DNA from: Fibrobacteria bacterium
Lineage (GTDB): Bacteria; Fibrobacterota; Fibrobacteria; UBA11236
Length of the DNA stretch: 64,000 bases
Assembly (NCBI GenBank): GCA_041746255.1
Contig: JBGTHM010000126.1
Span: 22,953-86,952, forward strand
Reading direction: 5' to 3'
In this document: positions 10,309-20,018 of the stretch, in pieces
How positions within the stretch are numbered: the stretch's first letter is position 1
Layout of the letters: each line of letters opens with the position of its first letter
Translations under genes and position numbers: made by a program
Notes under the pieces: generated by a model
The model's input: the letters and a program-made list of their open reading frames with translations, nothing else
Told to the model about the DNA's origin: nothing
Databases searched by the model: none

Positions 10309-10875
10309 ATGAAATGCTCTGCTCAATTGATTTTTATCGTCTTACTGGTGGGAACTCGCATTTCCAGCCATGCCACCTCCATGTTCGAACTGGAGTTAAA
10401 GGAATTGGCAACTGGTTCCCAACAGGTGGTTCAGGCCAAGGTTACGGCCGTAGTACCGCAATGGGAGAATAATCAAACCGTCATTAACACTTATGTGCGG
10501 TTAAACATAATAGACGACCTGATTGGGGACGACGAAGACAATGAAATTATCGTCAAAATACCGGGAGGTCGGATAGGGACAACCGAACTCAGGGTGGAAG
10601 GAACGGCCACCTACAACGTAGGGGAAGAAAACGTTCTTTTCCTTTTTCGAGATGTGGAAAACAGGACGATTTACCAGACTTTGGGAATGTATCAGGGAAA
10701 ATACTCGGTATATGCGGATGGAAAAGGAATCCGTCGTGTCGCCAGGGATACTACCGGAACAGGAGCAGCTCTGTTCAAGCGGGCGGGAGCCGCCGATATC
10801 GCAGAAACCGGCGATCATTTAAGTTTGGAGGATTTTAAAAAGACCGTAATCCAATACATCAAGAGTGAAAAATAA
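10309..10875 (+). CDS. Exported hypothetical protein resembling N-terminal domains found with matrixins
   Basis: GGAG RBS before ATG 10309; signal peptide; PGGRIG, GEENVLFL, GMYQGKY. Confidence 0.7.
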   Translation: MKCSAQLIFIVLLVGTRISSHATSMFELELKELATGSQQVVQAKVTAVVPQWENNQTVINTYVRLNIIDDLIGDDEDNEIIVKIPGGRIGTTELRVEGTATYNVGEENVLFLFRDVENRTIYQTLGMYQGKYSVYADGKGIRRVARDTTGTGAALFKRAGAADIAETGDHLSLEDFKKTVIQYIKSEK

Positions 10876-10888
10876 CGGGAGGGTAAGA

Positions 10889-13375
10889 ATGTATACAATC
10901 TATCGGATATTCCTTCTCGTTACTTTTGCGATTAACTCCGTATGGTCTTATAAGTTTATCGGGCCGAAGTGGCCCGGCGCCAATCCGGTTGTCCAGTATT
11001 GGATCAACGAACAAGGAAGCCCCGAAGTCCTGGACGAAGTCGACCACATTGTTAAAAGCTTCAAGGTATGGGACCAGGTGCCGACCTCCACGCTGGAAAC
11101 GAAATATCTCGGAATGACCGCGGCAAACTCGTGCGCCAAAGACAATATCAATCTATTGAAATGGGCGAAGGGGCGGGATTGGACTCTAGGACAGGGAGTC
11201 ATTGCCGCAGCCTATATCTGGTACAAAAGTGACGTCATTCAGGAATTCGATATCCTGTTCAATGACCAGCATTTTTCCTGGTCTACCTCAGGGGAGGCCA
11301 ATAAGATGGATGTCGGCCATATCGCCACCCATGAAGTGGGACATGTTCTTGGATTGGACCATTCCTCGGTTTCAGGGGCCGTGATGTGGCCCACCGCCCG
11401 CCCCGGAGACCTTTCCAATAGAAAATTACATTCCGATGACAGTGCGGGACTTTCCGCCCTATATCCACGAACCGACAACAACAATCGGGCTCCCGTCATC
11501 ACCAGTAAACCGGTAACCGAAGCCGTAGCGGGCATGAAATACGCATATAGCGTCACCGCCAATGACCCGGATGGCGACCCGGTTACCTTCAAACTTGAAA
11601 AGTATCCGCTTAATATGCGCATAGATGAAAAATCCGGACAGATTACCTGGTTTCCGAAATTCCTGGATGTAGGATCACATACCGTTACGGTAGTTGCGTT
11701 GGATAATTCGAGTAAAACCTCCAAGCAAACCTTTCAGGTAGCGGTTACCAACCTTCGGGTTTATACCGAAAACAGGGAAATCCGCCTCGGAGATACATTA
11801 TTCCATGAGGTGAAAGTGTCTCCTATGGATGAATTCGGCATCTTCTCCGGCAACATCGAACTTGATTTCAACAATTCACAGATGTCGGTATTGGGAGTGG
11901 ATACCAAGGGTTCCGTGGTCGATGGCGCCTCCTTCTTCAAGAATATCACAGACCGTCAGGTAAAAATCGCCTTCGCAGGATCTGATAGTTTTATCGGTGA
12001 AGGTATTTTATTTCGCGTGAAGCTTCTAGTTCATGAGGGTTCCTGCGGTGAAGTGATCCGCATGGGAATCGGAAAAGCCCTGTTCAACGACGGTGAGCCT
12101 GCCGCTACCGTCCAAAACGGAGACATCTTCATGAGTTGCCAGGGTGGAGATGGGTGGTCAGGTGGATACACAATGGACGGTCGGGTTACCTACCTCGGTA
12201 ACGGAGAAGGCGTATCCAAAGTGAAATTGGATTTCCCTAAAATGGGAAAAACAACCACCACGCAAGATGACGGATTTTTTGCGTTTAAAAATGTTCCCCT
12301 TCTAAAGATGGATTTTTCCATAATCGCCTCGAAAGATTCCGGCGACATACGAAACGCCATTTCCGCCTATGACGCCTCATTGGTATTGCGCCATGTTGTC
12401 GGACTTCACTCTTTGAAAGATTTTGAAAACCAGAAATATGCAGCCGATGTCAATGGAAATGGAGTTGTAACCGCGTATGATGCGGCTCTGATTTTACGCC
12501 ATTTGGTGAACTTGAAAGACATTACCCACATTGGATGGTGGGTTGTGTCTCCTGATAAACGCAATTTCAATGGGATTCTCGGAGACATGCACAATATTAA
12601 TTTTGGCGCCTACCTAGTCGGGGATGTGAGCGGTAATTGGAAACAAGACCTACCTGTCCTAGCCAAACGAACAGCTGAAAACGATAACAAAGTCTTCCTA
12701 AGCGAATACCGGCAACAGGACGTTTCACTGCCCTTGGGAGCGATTGACGGATATCGATCGGTAATTTCACTGGCACAGGAAATGGAGGGTATGTATTCGG
12801 GCGAATTCGAGTTAGCCTATGATAGCGATAAATATGAATTCCTCGATGCCCGGTCGCTTCCGATGACCAAAGGCTATCTCTTGGAAAGCAATGCCGTTGG
12901 CGACAATATCCGTGTCGTTTTCGCCGGCACCGAGCCCCTTCCCGGTTCCGGCGAATTATTCGAAGTTTTGCTGGCTCCGAAGTCAAAATTGGGAACGCCA
13001 CCGCCGCTCAATTCCGATCTCGCCTATTTCAAGGTGAATGAAGGACTCTTTCAATCTGTGGGAATTATGCAACACGATTCAAAAAATGCGGCTCGGTTCG
13101 CCGGTAAACGCCAATTCCGGGTTCAACCGAGAACCGGAGGCCACCTGGAAATGGAATATTTCGCGGAAACGCCGAGCGAGGTTAGCTTTTCCTTGCTGGA
13201 CGTCAAGGGACGCATGGTAAAACGGATGTCCCAAGGGCATAAACACTCCGGCAGCCATAGGCTGACTTGGGAAATCGATAATCGTGGAAACTCCGCAAGG
13301 TCAAATCAAATCTATTTCGTAGCCATTTCCATGGGTTCCCGGTCCGAGACCGTTAAAGTGTTACTCGTGGAATAA
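10889..13375 (+). CDS. Secreted M10 (matrixin-like) metalloprotease with Ig-like, two cohesin-like, dockerin-like and C-terminal sorting-like domains
   Basis: HEVGHVLGLDHS and Met-turn AVMWP; NRAPVITS..DPDGD; DVNGNGVVTAYDAALIL; LLDVKGRMV; GGAGG RBS before ATG 10889. Confidence 0.85.
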   Translation: MYTIYRIFLLVTFAINSVWSYKFIGPKWPGANPVVQYWINEQGSPEVLDEVDHIVKSFKVWDQVPTSTLETKYLGMTAANSCAKDNINLLKWAKGRDWTLGQGVIAAAYIWYKSDVIQEFDILFNDQHFSWSTSGEANKMDVGHIATHEVGHVLGLDHSSVSGAVMWPTARPGDLSNRKLHSDDSAGLSALYPRTDNNNRAPVITSKPVTEAVAGMKYAYSVTANDPDGDPVTFKLEKYPLNMRIDEKSGQITWFPKFLDVGSHTVTVVALDNSSKTSKQTFQVAVTNLRVYTENREIRLGDTLFHEVKVSPMDEFGIFSGNIELDFNNSQMSVLGVDTKGSVVDGASFFKNITDRQVKIAFAGSDSFIGEGILFRVKLLVHEGSCGEVIRMGIGKALFNDGEPAATVQNGDIFMSCQGGDGWSGGYTMDGRVTYLGNGEGVSKVKLDFPKMGKTTTTQDDGFFAFKNVPLLKMDFSIIASKDSGDIRNAISAYDASLVLRHVVGLHSLKDFENQKYAADVNGNGVVTAYDAALILRHLVNLKDITHIGWWVVSPDKRNFNGILGDMHNINFGAYLVGDVSGNWKQDLPVLAKRTAENDNKVFLSEYRQQDVSLPLGAIDGYRSVISLAQEMEGMYSGEFELAYDSDKYEFLDARSLPMTKGYLLESNAVGDNIRVVFAGTEPLPGSGELFEVLLAPKSKLGTPPPLNSDLAYFKVNEGLFQSVGIMQHDSKNAARFAGKRQFRVQPRTGGHLEMEYFAETPSEVSFSLLDVKGRMVKRMSQGHKHSGSHRLTWEIDNRGNSARSNQIYFVAISMGSRSETVKVLLVE

Positions 13376-13501
13376 TTGGTCTCTTCCCAGCCGCTGCCCC
13401 TCCGGTTTTGTTAACTTATCCCCGCCCAATGGCCCTCGGCGGGTTTGATCATGGGCAAACACAATTAAATCGTTCAAATAACGGTCTGTAAAGGGAATCA
13501 C

Positions 13502-14014
13502 TTGGCCAAAATGCATCAAAATGAGATAAAGCTCTACCCTTACCGGGACCAATGGCATAAGGCCTACGTTAAGGAAACAAAAAACCTGGAAAGGGAACTA
13601 GCCGGCTATGTTTTCGGCATGGAACATATCGGCAGCACAGCCGTTCCGGATATGTCGGCCACGCTCAATATCGATATCCTCATCGGCGTGGACGCATTGG
13701 CCGAAATCAAAGAATTCGAATCCATCCTCACCGAAATGGGATATCTCCTTTCCAATATCTCTCACGGTCCCAAACACAGACTCTATATTTTCGATAGCCA
13801 ACAGGGTTATCACCTGCATTTTTTCGAGGCCCGTAATCTCAAAGAAACTCCCTATGTAAAATTCCGCGACGCCTTGATTAACGATGCGAAATTGGCAAAG
13901 GAATTCAAGGAGTATAAAATCCGGCTGGTCGGAAACTACAAGTGTAAACCCAGCTGGTATGCCGTGGAAAAATCGAAATGGATTTCCGGAAGGTTGACTG
14001 GCAGTGTTGAATGA
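13502..14014 (+). CDS. GrpB-family protein
   Basis: EHIGSTAVP, IDILIGV, HLH, FRDAL, Y..EK. Confidence 0.85.
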   Translation: MAKMHQNEIKLYPYRDQWHKAYVKETKNLERELAGYVFGMEHIGSTAVPDMSATLNIDILIGVDALAEIKEFESILTEMGYLLSNISHGPKHRLYIFDSQQGYHLHFFEARNLKETPYVKFRDALINDAKLAKEFKEYKIRLVGNYKCKPSWYAVEKSKWISGRLTGSVE

Positions 14015-14046
14015 GGATATTTTGCAATGTCGGATAAATTCTCGGT

Positions 14047-16581
14047 TTATCCCGTCAATATTTCCCGTATTTTTTCCAACAGGGCTGCTCCCGTGAAGGG
14101 TTTCTGAAGGAAGGCGGCATCCTTTTTTAAAATACCCCATTGGAATATGGTATTTTCCGTGTACCCCGACATGAACAGAACCTTGGCGTGGGGATGGTTC
14201 GTCCGGATTTTTTCCGCCAACTGCACTCCCCCGATTCCGGGCATGACTACGTCCGTAAGTAGCAAATCCAGGCGTTCCGCCTCACCGGCCAGAGACTCGG
14301 CTTCTGTGCCTGAAGCAGCGTGTATCACCGAATAACCCTGATCCGTGAGTGCCCGGATTATGAATTTGCGGACGGACGCGTCATCCTCAACCAATAGAAT
14401 GTGTTCGTTACCCCCCTTGCCAATTGTCTGTTTAGCGGGTGACGGTTCTTTCTCATCTGGAGGCGCTTCTACTACTGGAAGGTAAACTTTGAAGGTGCTG
14501 CCATGACCGACCTCGGAATAAACCATGATATTACCGCCGCTTTGTTTAATGCAGCCATAGACACTGGATAGGCCCAGCCCGGTCCCCTTACCTATTTCCT
14601 TAGTGGTGAAAAAGGGTTCAAACAGCTGGCCCTTCACTTCTGGTGACATACCGGTACCGGTATCACTAACGGTAAGCAAAACATGCGGACCCGGCAGAGT
14701 TTCGGGATGCTGTTCTGAGTATTCGTCACTCAGGACCACATTGGAGGTTTCCAGCATCAGCCTTCCACCTTGCGGCATGGCATCCCTGGCATTCAGCGCC
14801 AGATTCAAAATCACATGCTCCATTTGATTCGGGTCCATGCGAATCATACGTAGATTCGGATCCCGGAAAGTCACCAATTCAATATCTTCACCAATGAGCC
14901 GATGGAGCAAGGTTTCCATATCTGAAACGATATCGTTGAGGTTGAGAATCTTTGGTAAAAGCATTTGCTTGCGGCTGAAGGCCAAAAGTTGACTGGTCAA
15001 ACCGGCGGCACGATTACCGGACCGGTTGATTTCCTCGAGAATCTCGTAGAGGGGATCTTTCGGGCTGATCATGTTTAAGCCCATACTGCTGTATCCGTTA
15101 ATGGCGGTCAACAAATTATTGAAGTCGTGTGCCACTCCTCCAGCCAGGCGACCCACCGCTTCCATCTTTTGGGATTGACGCAACTGATCTTCAGTATCCC
15201 GAATTTTATCCGCATCCTCTTTCTGCCGGGTAATATTCGAGCTGGTCCCAATAAGCCGGTAGGTTTTCCCGGTTTCATCGACAAGTGGCGCGAGCCGCGT
15301 TAACCAATGGGTAGGTTTTCCCCGAATTGGCACCGTTTCTTCGTATTCCATCGGAACTTGCGATTCAGCGCAGGCCCGATACCTCGCTTCCAAACCAGTG
15401 ACCGCTTCTTCCGGGAAAAACCGGCTCAATTCACGGGTTGATTTTCCCTTCATCACCGTCGCATCGAACCCGAACCCCTCAGCCAATCTGAGATAGGCAG
15501 GATTGTTTCCCACAATGATAAATCGACCCTCTTTATCCACATCGACTACGAAAATCGCTTCCTCGGCGCCATTATAAATACTTTCCAGGAAACGTTCATT
15601 CTCCAGTAAGGTTCTCTCCGCATTCTTCCGCTCCAGGAATTGCGCCAATTGCCGGCCAACCGAAAGCAGTAAATTGACAATCTCACCATTTTCCTTCAAT
15701 TCTTGAACGGAGAAAAATTCAAAAATTCCCAGAACACGTTTGTCCAGGAAAATGGGGAAAGCGAAGGCTGTCATCAGCCCCGCCTTTGCAGCAGTATCCA
15801 GTCGGGGAAAATTCATATCGGCATCTCTGATTCCAAGCCATAGCGGGGCCGCGGATTCCCAGACCCGACCGGGAAGGCCCACCCCAGGAGGAAAAGTTAT
15901 TGTCCGGCTTTGTTCAGCGAATGCCTCGAAGGAATCGGAAAGCAAGGAGCGCATTTCCACGCAGCGTAAAACATCAATATCCCGATCCAGAACCCAGAGA
16001 GCGCCGACGTCCCAAGGCATTCGCTCCAAAATGGCATCAAGCAGCGCTGGAGCCGCGCCTTGCAAGCTCTGTGATTCGGAAAGCACCCGGGTAGCGGCGA
16101 TTTGGAGACATATCCGGTCCTCAGCCGCCTTTTGCTCGGTGAGGTCACGGATGAAAGCCGTAAAAATCCAGCTGCCCCCGATTTTCGCAGGGGTGATGGT
16201 GAGCTCGACGGGGAATTCCATACCCCCCCGTCGAAGCGCTGTGATTCCAATGCGGCGACCCAGGATGGGACCCTTTCCCGTGGATAGAAACCGCTGCATA
16301 CCCCGATCATGGGCTTCCCTCAAGTGAGGTGGAACTATGAAATCGGCCATTGACTTACCAACGACTTCAGCCTCATTCCAACCGAATAAGTTGTGGGCTT
16401 GGCCGTTCCAGTCGATTATTAGACCGGATCGATCGATGGTTATGATGGCATCTAAAGAGGAATCTAAAATGAGGCGATAACGTTTTTCCGAATCACCAGC
16501 ACTACTAGGATGCCACTCCTCCGAGGGTGATTTTTGCAAGTGGGGATGCTCATCAGAAACCATACCTTGATAAGATATCAA
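14047..16581 (-). CDS. Hybrid sensor histidine kinase (PAS-GAF-PAS-HisKA-HATPase-REC)
   Basis: GGVAHDFNNLLT H-box, NARDAM, FEPFFTTK, GTGLGL, LLTDVVMP; no evident TM helix. Confidence 0.95.
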   Translation of the reverse strand: MISYQGMVSDEHPHLQKSPSEEWHPSSAGDSEKRYRLILDSSLDAIITIDRSGLIIDWNGQAHNLFGWNEAEVVGKSMADFIVPPHLREAHDRGMQRFLSTGKGPILGRRIGITALRRGGMEFPVELTITPAKIGGSWIFTAFIRDLTEQKAAEDRICLQIAATRVLSESQSLQGAAPALLDAILERMPWDVGALWVLDRDIDVLRCVEMRSLLSDSFEAFAEQSRTITFPPGVGLPGRVWESAAPLWLGIRDADMNFPRLDTAAKAGLMTAFAFPIFLDKRVLGIFEFFSVQELKENGEIVNLLLSVGRQLAQFLERKNAERTLLENERFLESIYNGAEEAIFVVDVDKEGRFIIVGNNPAYLRLAEGFGFDATVMKGKSTRELSRFFPEEAVTGLEARYRACAESQVPMEYEETVPIRGKPTHWLTRLAPLVDETGKTYRLIGTSSNITRQKEDADKIRDTEDQLRQSQKMEAVGRLAGGVAHDFNNLLTAINGYSSMGLNMISPKDPLYEILEEINRSGNRAAGLTSQLLAFSRKQMLLPKILNLNDIVSDMETLLHRLIGEDIELVTFRDPNLRMIRMDPNQMEHVILNLALNARDAMPQGGRLMLETSNVVLSDEYSEQHPETLPGPHVLLTVSDTGTGMSPEVKGQLFEPFFTTKEIGKGTGLGLSSVYGCIKQSGGNIMVYSEVGHGSTFKVYLPVVEAPPDEKEPSPAKQTIGKGGNEHILLVEDDASVRKFIIRALTDQGYSVIHAASGTEAESLAGEAERLDLLLTDVVMPGIGGVQLAEKIRTNHPHAKVLFMSGYTENTIFQWGILKKDAAFLQKPFTGAALLEKIREILTG

Positions 16582-16849
16582 TTCATCAAAAGAAAAGATA
16601 AAAAATGCGAAATTCCACCTTTTTTGATAGTCGCCAGTAAATACTTCTCATTTACGATACCTGGTGTTATCATGAGAGCATAATTGGGGCGAATGCACCC
16701 CAGATTATCTAAAAAGTCAATGAAATTAAGGGTTTGGGGTTTGATGACCCCAACCTGTAGAAGAGATTTCCGTGAAAAAAAATAAGGCATGGAATTACTT
16801 TTGGAAAAAGCACCCACCAGGGAATATGATGCATTAGAATGATGGAATT

Positions 16850-17698
16850 ATGACTCGCCCCAACCGAAAAACATTTTTCCCATACCTGCGAACCATTCCC
16901 GGGATTATCCTGTGCATTGCCTTTGTTAACAGTGCGACAAAGCCCACATGCGAATATACGAAAGCGATTCGGCAAGCCGAATTGGGGAATCACCAAGCCA
17001 GCCTGAAAATATTGGAACGGTGCCCCGCCGACGATTCCGTATCCCATTTCTGGAAAGGTCTAAACTACCATGCACTCTATCAACCGGATCCCTCTTTACT
17101 GCATTTAAAAAAAGCTTATGGCCAAGGCATACGCAATGATACCTTGCTGATTAAATTGGCCGAGGTATTCCTCTGGAAGAAGAACTTCCGCGAGGCCTCA
17201 CGTTTGACGGAACAGGTTATCGACAAGCGCCACCCGGAATTTCTCAAGGTCAAGGCGCGTCATCACGAAATCCTGGGGGAATTCGCGGAGGCGATAAAAC
17301 TTTATGACTTGGCCATAGCCAAGGAAAAACTTCCTTATGAAACCATGGCCCGTAAAGCAACCGTCCTTTCCTGGGCCAAGGATTACGACGGAGCCATCGC
17401 CCTTTTCACCGAAATCATCTCCGCGAAAAAGGTTCTTCCACCATTAAGGAAGAACTGCTTGATACGACGAGCGGAGGTGGTATCCTGGAAAAAAGATTTC
17501 GTAGCCGCACTGGCCGATTTGGACGCGGTATTGAAAATGGATAAACAAAACAGCGAAGCCATTTTACTCAAGGGGAAAATCCTCGAGTGGCAAGGAGAAT
17601 ACCTTTCCGCTAAAAAATTGTATGCGGAAATCCTGAGTTTCGACGCCGAAAATGACCAGGCGAAGATGCGGTTGGAAAAATTGGAATGGGTCAAATAA
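16850..17698 (+). CDS. Exported TPR protein (paralog of 25405..26256)
   Basis: Signal-like N-terminus; TPR helix pairs with recurring Trp. Confidence 0.8.
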   Translation: MTRPNRKTFFPYLRTIPGIILCIAFVNSATKPTCEYTKAIRQAELGNHQASLKILERCPADDSVSHFWKGLNYHALYQPDPSLLHLKKAYGQGIRNDTLLIKLAEVFLWKKNFREASRLTEQVIDKRHPEFLKVKARHHEILGEFAEAIKLYDLAIAKEKLPYETMARKATVLSWAKDYDGAIALFTEIISAKKVLPPLRKNCLIRRAEVVSWKKDFVAALADLDAVLKMDKQNSEAILLKGKILEWQGEYLSAKKLYAEILSFDAENDQAKMRLEKLEWVK

Positions 17699-17711
17699 AA
17701 AGTAGGAGTTT

Positions 17712-18875
17712 ATGAAATTATCTATATGGATTATAGTCGGGGCCATATCGGGAATGGGATTCCCTTCCATCACGTATTCACAAGAGACACTTACTGCCGT
17801 AACCACCAAGACCTATGCGCTCTTGGACGATAAGAAGGCGGTCTATCTCGACTACCCATCGTCGAAGGCGACCCTCTATCAAATCACTTTGGCGGACAAG
17901 AGCAAAAAAGTTCTCGTTCCCGAAGGTACGGGGCCAAACTCTACCTTGTATTTCATGTATTTCGGAGTATCGGGAGACCATCTGGCGTATATACCCTTCT
18001 CCACGCAGCCGAAGCCGACCTACCCCTTAAACTATGTCAACCTGGCTACCGGCGCCAAAAAAAAATTGACCGCAGATGAAGGATGGAAGGAAACCGTGGA
18101 GGTGGGTGGCAACATCGCAGTCTGGATAGATTTTCGCCATAAGACGGCAGGCGACAAGAATAGCGAAATCTACCTGCACAATCTTTCAACCGGTGCGGAA
18201 AAGCGAATTACGACAAGTGTCAGTTATCAGACAAAGGCCGTTACCGATGGAAAGCATGTCGCCTGGGTCGACTATGCTAACGGAAATAAAGGCATTGTGG
18301 TTCTCCATGATATCGCCACCGGTAAGGATTTTCCGTTGGGCGATGGAACTTCACATCAAGATAACCCCCGGGTTTCAGGCGATTTTGTCGTATGGGAAGA
18401 TTACAGGAATGCGACTTCCGATACCACAAATGCGGATATTTACGCCTATAATATCAAAACCAAAGAAACCTTGGGAATTTGTGTAAAACCCGGGTTCCAA
18501 GGTACGCCCTATATCAGTGGAAATGCTGTGGTCTGGGAAGATCACCGTAACGCAGGAAATACGCCTGGAAATGCGGATATTTATGCCTATGATTTGGTGG
18601 ATGGAAAGGAATATCAGGTTACCCAGGGTCTCGGGTTTGAAGGATCGCCGGTCGTCTATGGCAATAAAGTGGTCTGGCTGGGTATTGAAGGTAGCGTGAT
18701 GAGCCTATATCTCGGATCGGTCTCATTCGGAAATACTTCGGTAAAACAGACTCGGCCTGATTTTTTCCAGAGCGGAAAAAATTCCGGGTCTGAGGTTTAT
18801 CGGTTGGATGGAAGGGCAGTAACAGGTCCCATGCAAAAATTCCATCCAGCCTATTTCTCGCCCTGGGTAAAATAG
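17712..18875 (+). CDS. Secreted beta-propeller repeat protein
   Basis: Repeats of (I/V)SG..VVWEDxRN...ADIYAY; signal peptide; tail YRLDGR. Confidence 0.75.
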   Translation: MKLSIWIIVGAISGMGFPSITYSQETLTAVTTKTYALLDDKKAVYLDYPSSKATLYQITLADKSKKVLVPEGTGPNSTLYFMYFGVSGDHLAYIPFSTQPKPTYPLNYVNLATGAKKKLTADEGWKETVEVGGNIAVWIDFRHKTAGDKNSEIYLHNLSTGAEKRITTSVSYQTKAVTDGKHVAWVDYANGNKGIVVLHDIATGKDFPLGDGTSHQDNPRVSGDFVVWEDYRNATSDTTNADIYAYNIKTKETLGICVKPGFQGTPYISGNAVVWEDHRNAGNTPGNADIYAYDLVDGKEYQVTQGLGFEGSPVVYGNKVVWLGIEGSVMSLYLGSVSFGNTSVKQTRPDFFQSGKNSGSEVYRLDGRAVTGPMQKFHPAYFSPWVK

Positions 18876-18879
18876 CAGC

Positions 18880-19998
18880 ATGCCATTCAGGCTTTTACCT
18901 CCCCTTTTGGGCCTAATCTGCCTGGTAGAAGGGGCGAATATTCGCTTGGGGGCGGATTCGCAATGGGACAGCGAAGAATTGCTGTGGGTGAACCGTGGCT
19001 CCGTCGAGGCGAACCATTTCTCTGCGCCGTTCGGATCCGTTTCCGTCTCGGGCCGATATACCCATCACGGTATACTTGAAAATGCCTTCGGGCTCACACC
19101 CTTCAATGACAAATTTTACGGCCTGCGCTCCCATTATATCTTGGACCTGGGGACATACCGGCTGAAAACCGGGGTCGGATGGAATGATTTGGATAAACGG
19201 GATGACTTTTACACCCATGCCGGGTTAACCGCCCATTGGCCGATTTCGATTGGAACCGGCAGTTCCATCCGTTCCAGTCTTTCCTATACGGGTGAGGTAA
19301 ATCGGGCCAATCCCCTTCTCTCCATACTTTCCATGCAAAGCCGCGCAACTGGATTGGAAGTGGTGTTCCAAACGGGCCCTTGGGTAGTGGAAACGGCAGT
19401 CAGCCAAACTTCATTTTCGGCCGCAGATTCGCAGGCTCTGAATGAAATACTAGGCACAACCCGTTCCTTCAACCATATTCCCGAGAACCGGATTTGGAGG
19501 GGACATATTTACTTCTACCGCCCTGTGTGGGATTTCCTATATGTGGGAGCCTATGCGAATTTTGCCGATAGCCGCCACGATTTTTATCAGGCTACCCTCA
19601 CGCCGACCGCAAACACCGGCAGGTATATGTACTTCCCCTACGAAACACCGGTGGAATCCTTCGCACTGGGAGGTGTCCTTTCCGTATCCGTGAATTTAGA
19701 CGACTTTTTCATTCCGCTCGGCACTCTGAATTCCCGGCTAACCATTCCCTTCTATTCCCGACGTCAACAATTCTGGGAAGTGATCTCCCCTCCCTTCTAT
19801 AGCGGCAGCGGGTACTACGCTTTCGAGGGCAGCGAACCCATGCTCAGCGGCGTAGCTTGGAAAAAGGAGTTAATATCACATGTTACTCTCGCAATTGATT
19901 ACTCCTTTTATCTCAAACCCTATTACGCATACGGTATTTTCCGCCAAGAAAGTTATCGCCTGCATCAAGTAGAACTGTCCACTACTTATTCCTTTTGA
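18880..19998 (+). CDS. Putative outer-membrane beta-barrel protein
   Basis: Signal peptide, amphipathic aromatic-rich strands, C-terminal ELSTTYSF. Confidence 0.6.
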   Translation: MPFRLLPPLLGLICLVEGANIRLGADSQWDSEELLWVNRGSVEANHFSAPFGSVSVSGRYTHHGILENAFGLTPFNDKFYGLRSHYILDLGTYRLKTGVGWNDLDKRDDFYTHAGLTAHWPISIGTGSSIRSSLSYTGEVNRANPLLSILSMQSRATGLEVVFQTGPWVVETAVSQTSFSAADSQALNEILGTTRSFNHIPENRIWRGHIYFYRPVWDFLYVGAYANFADSRHDFYQATLTPTANTGRYMYFPYETPVESFALGGVLSVSVNLDDFFIPLGTLNSRLTIPFYSRRQQFWEVISPPFYSGSGYYAFEGSEPMLSGVAWKKELISHVTLAIDYSFYLKPYYAYGIFRQESYRLHQVELSTTYSF

Positions 19999-20018
19999 GA
20001 AAGTATTAGATACGGGTC

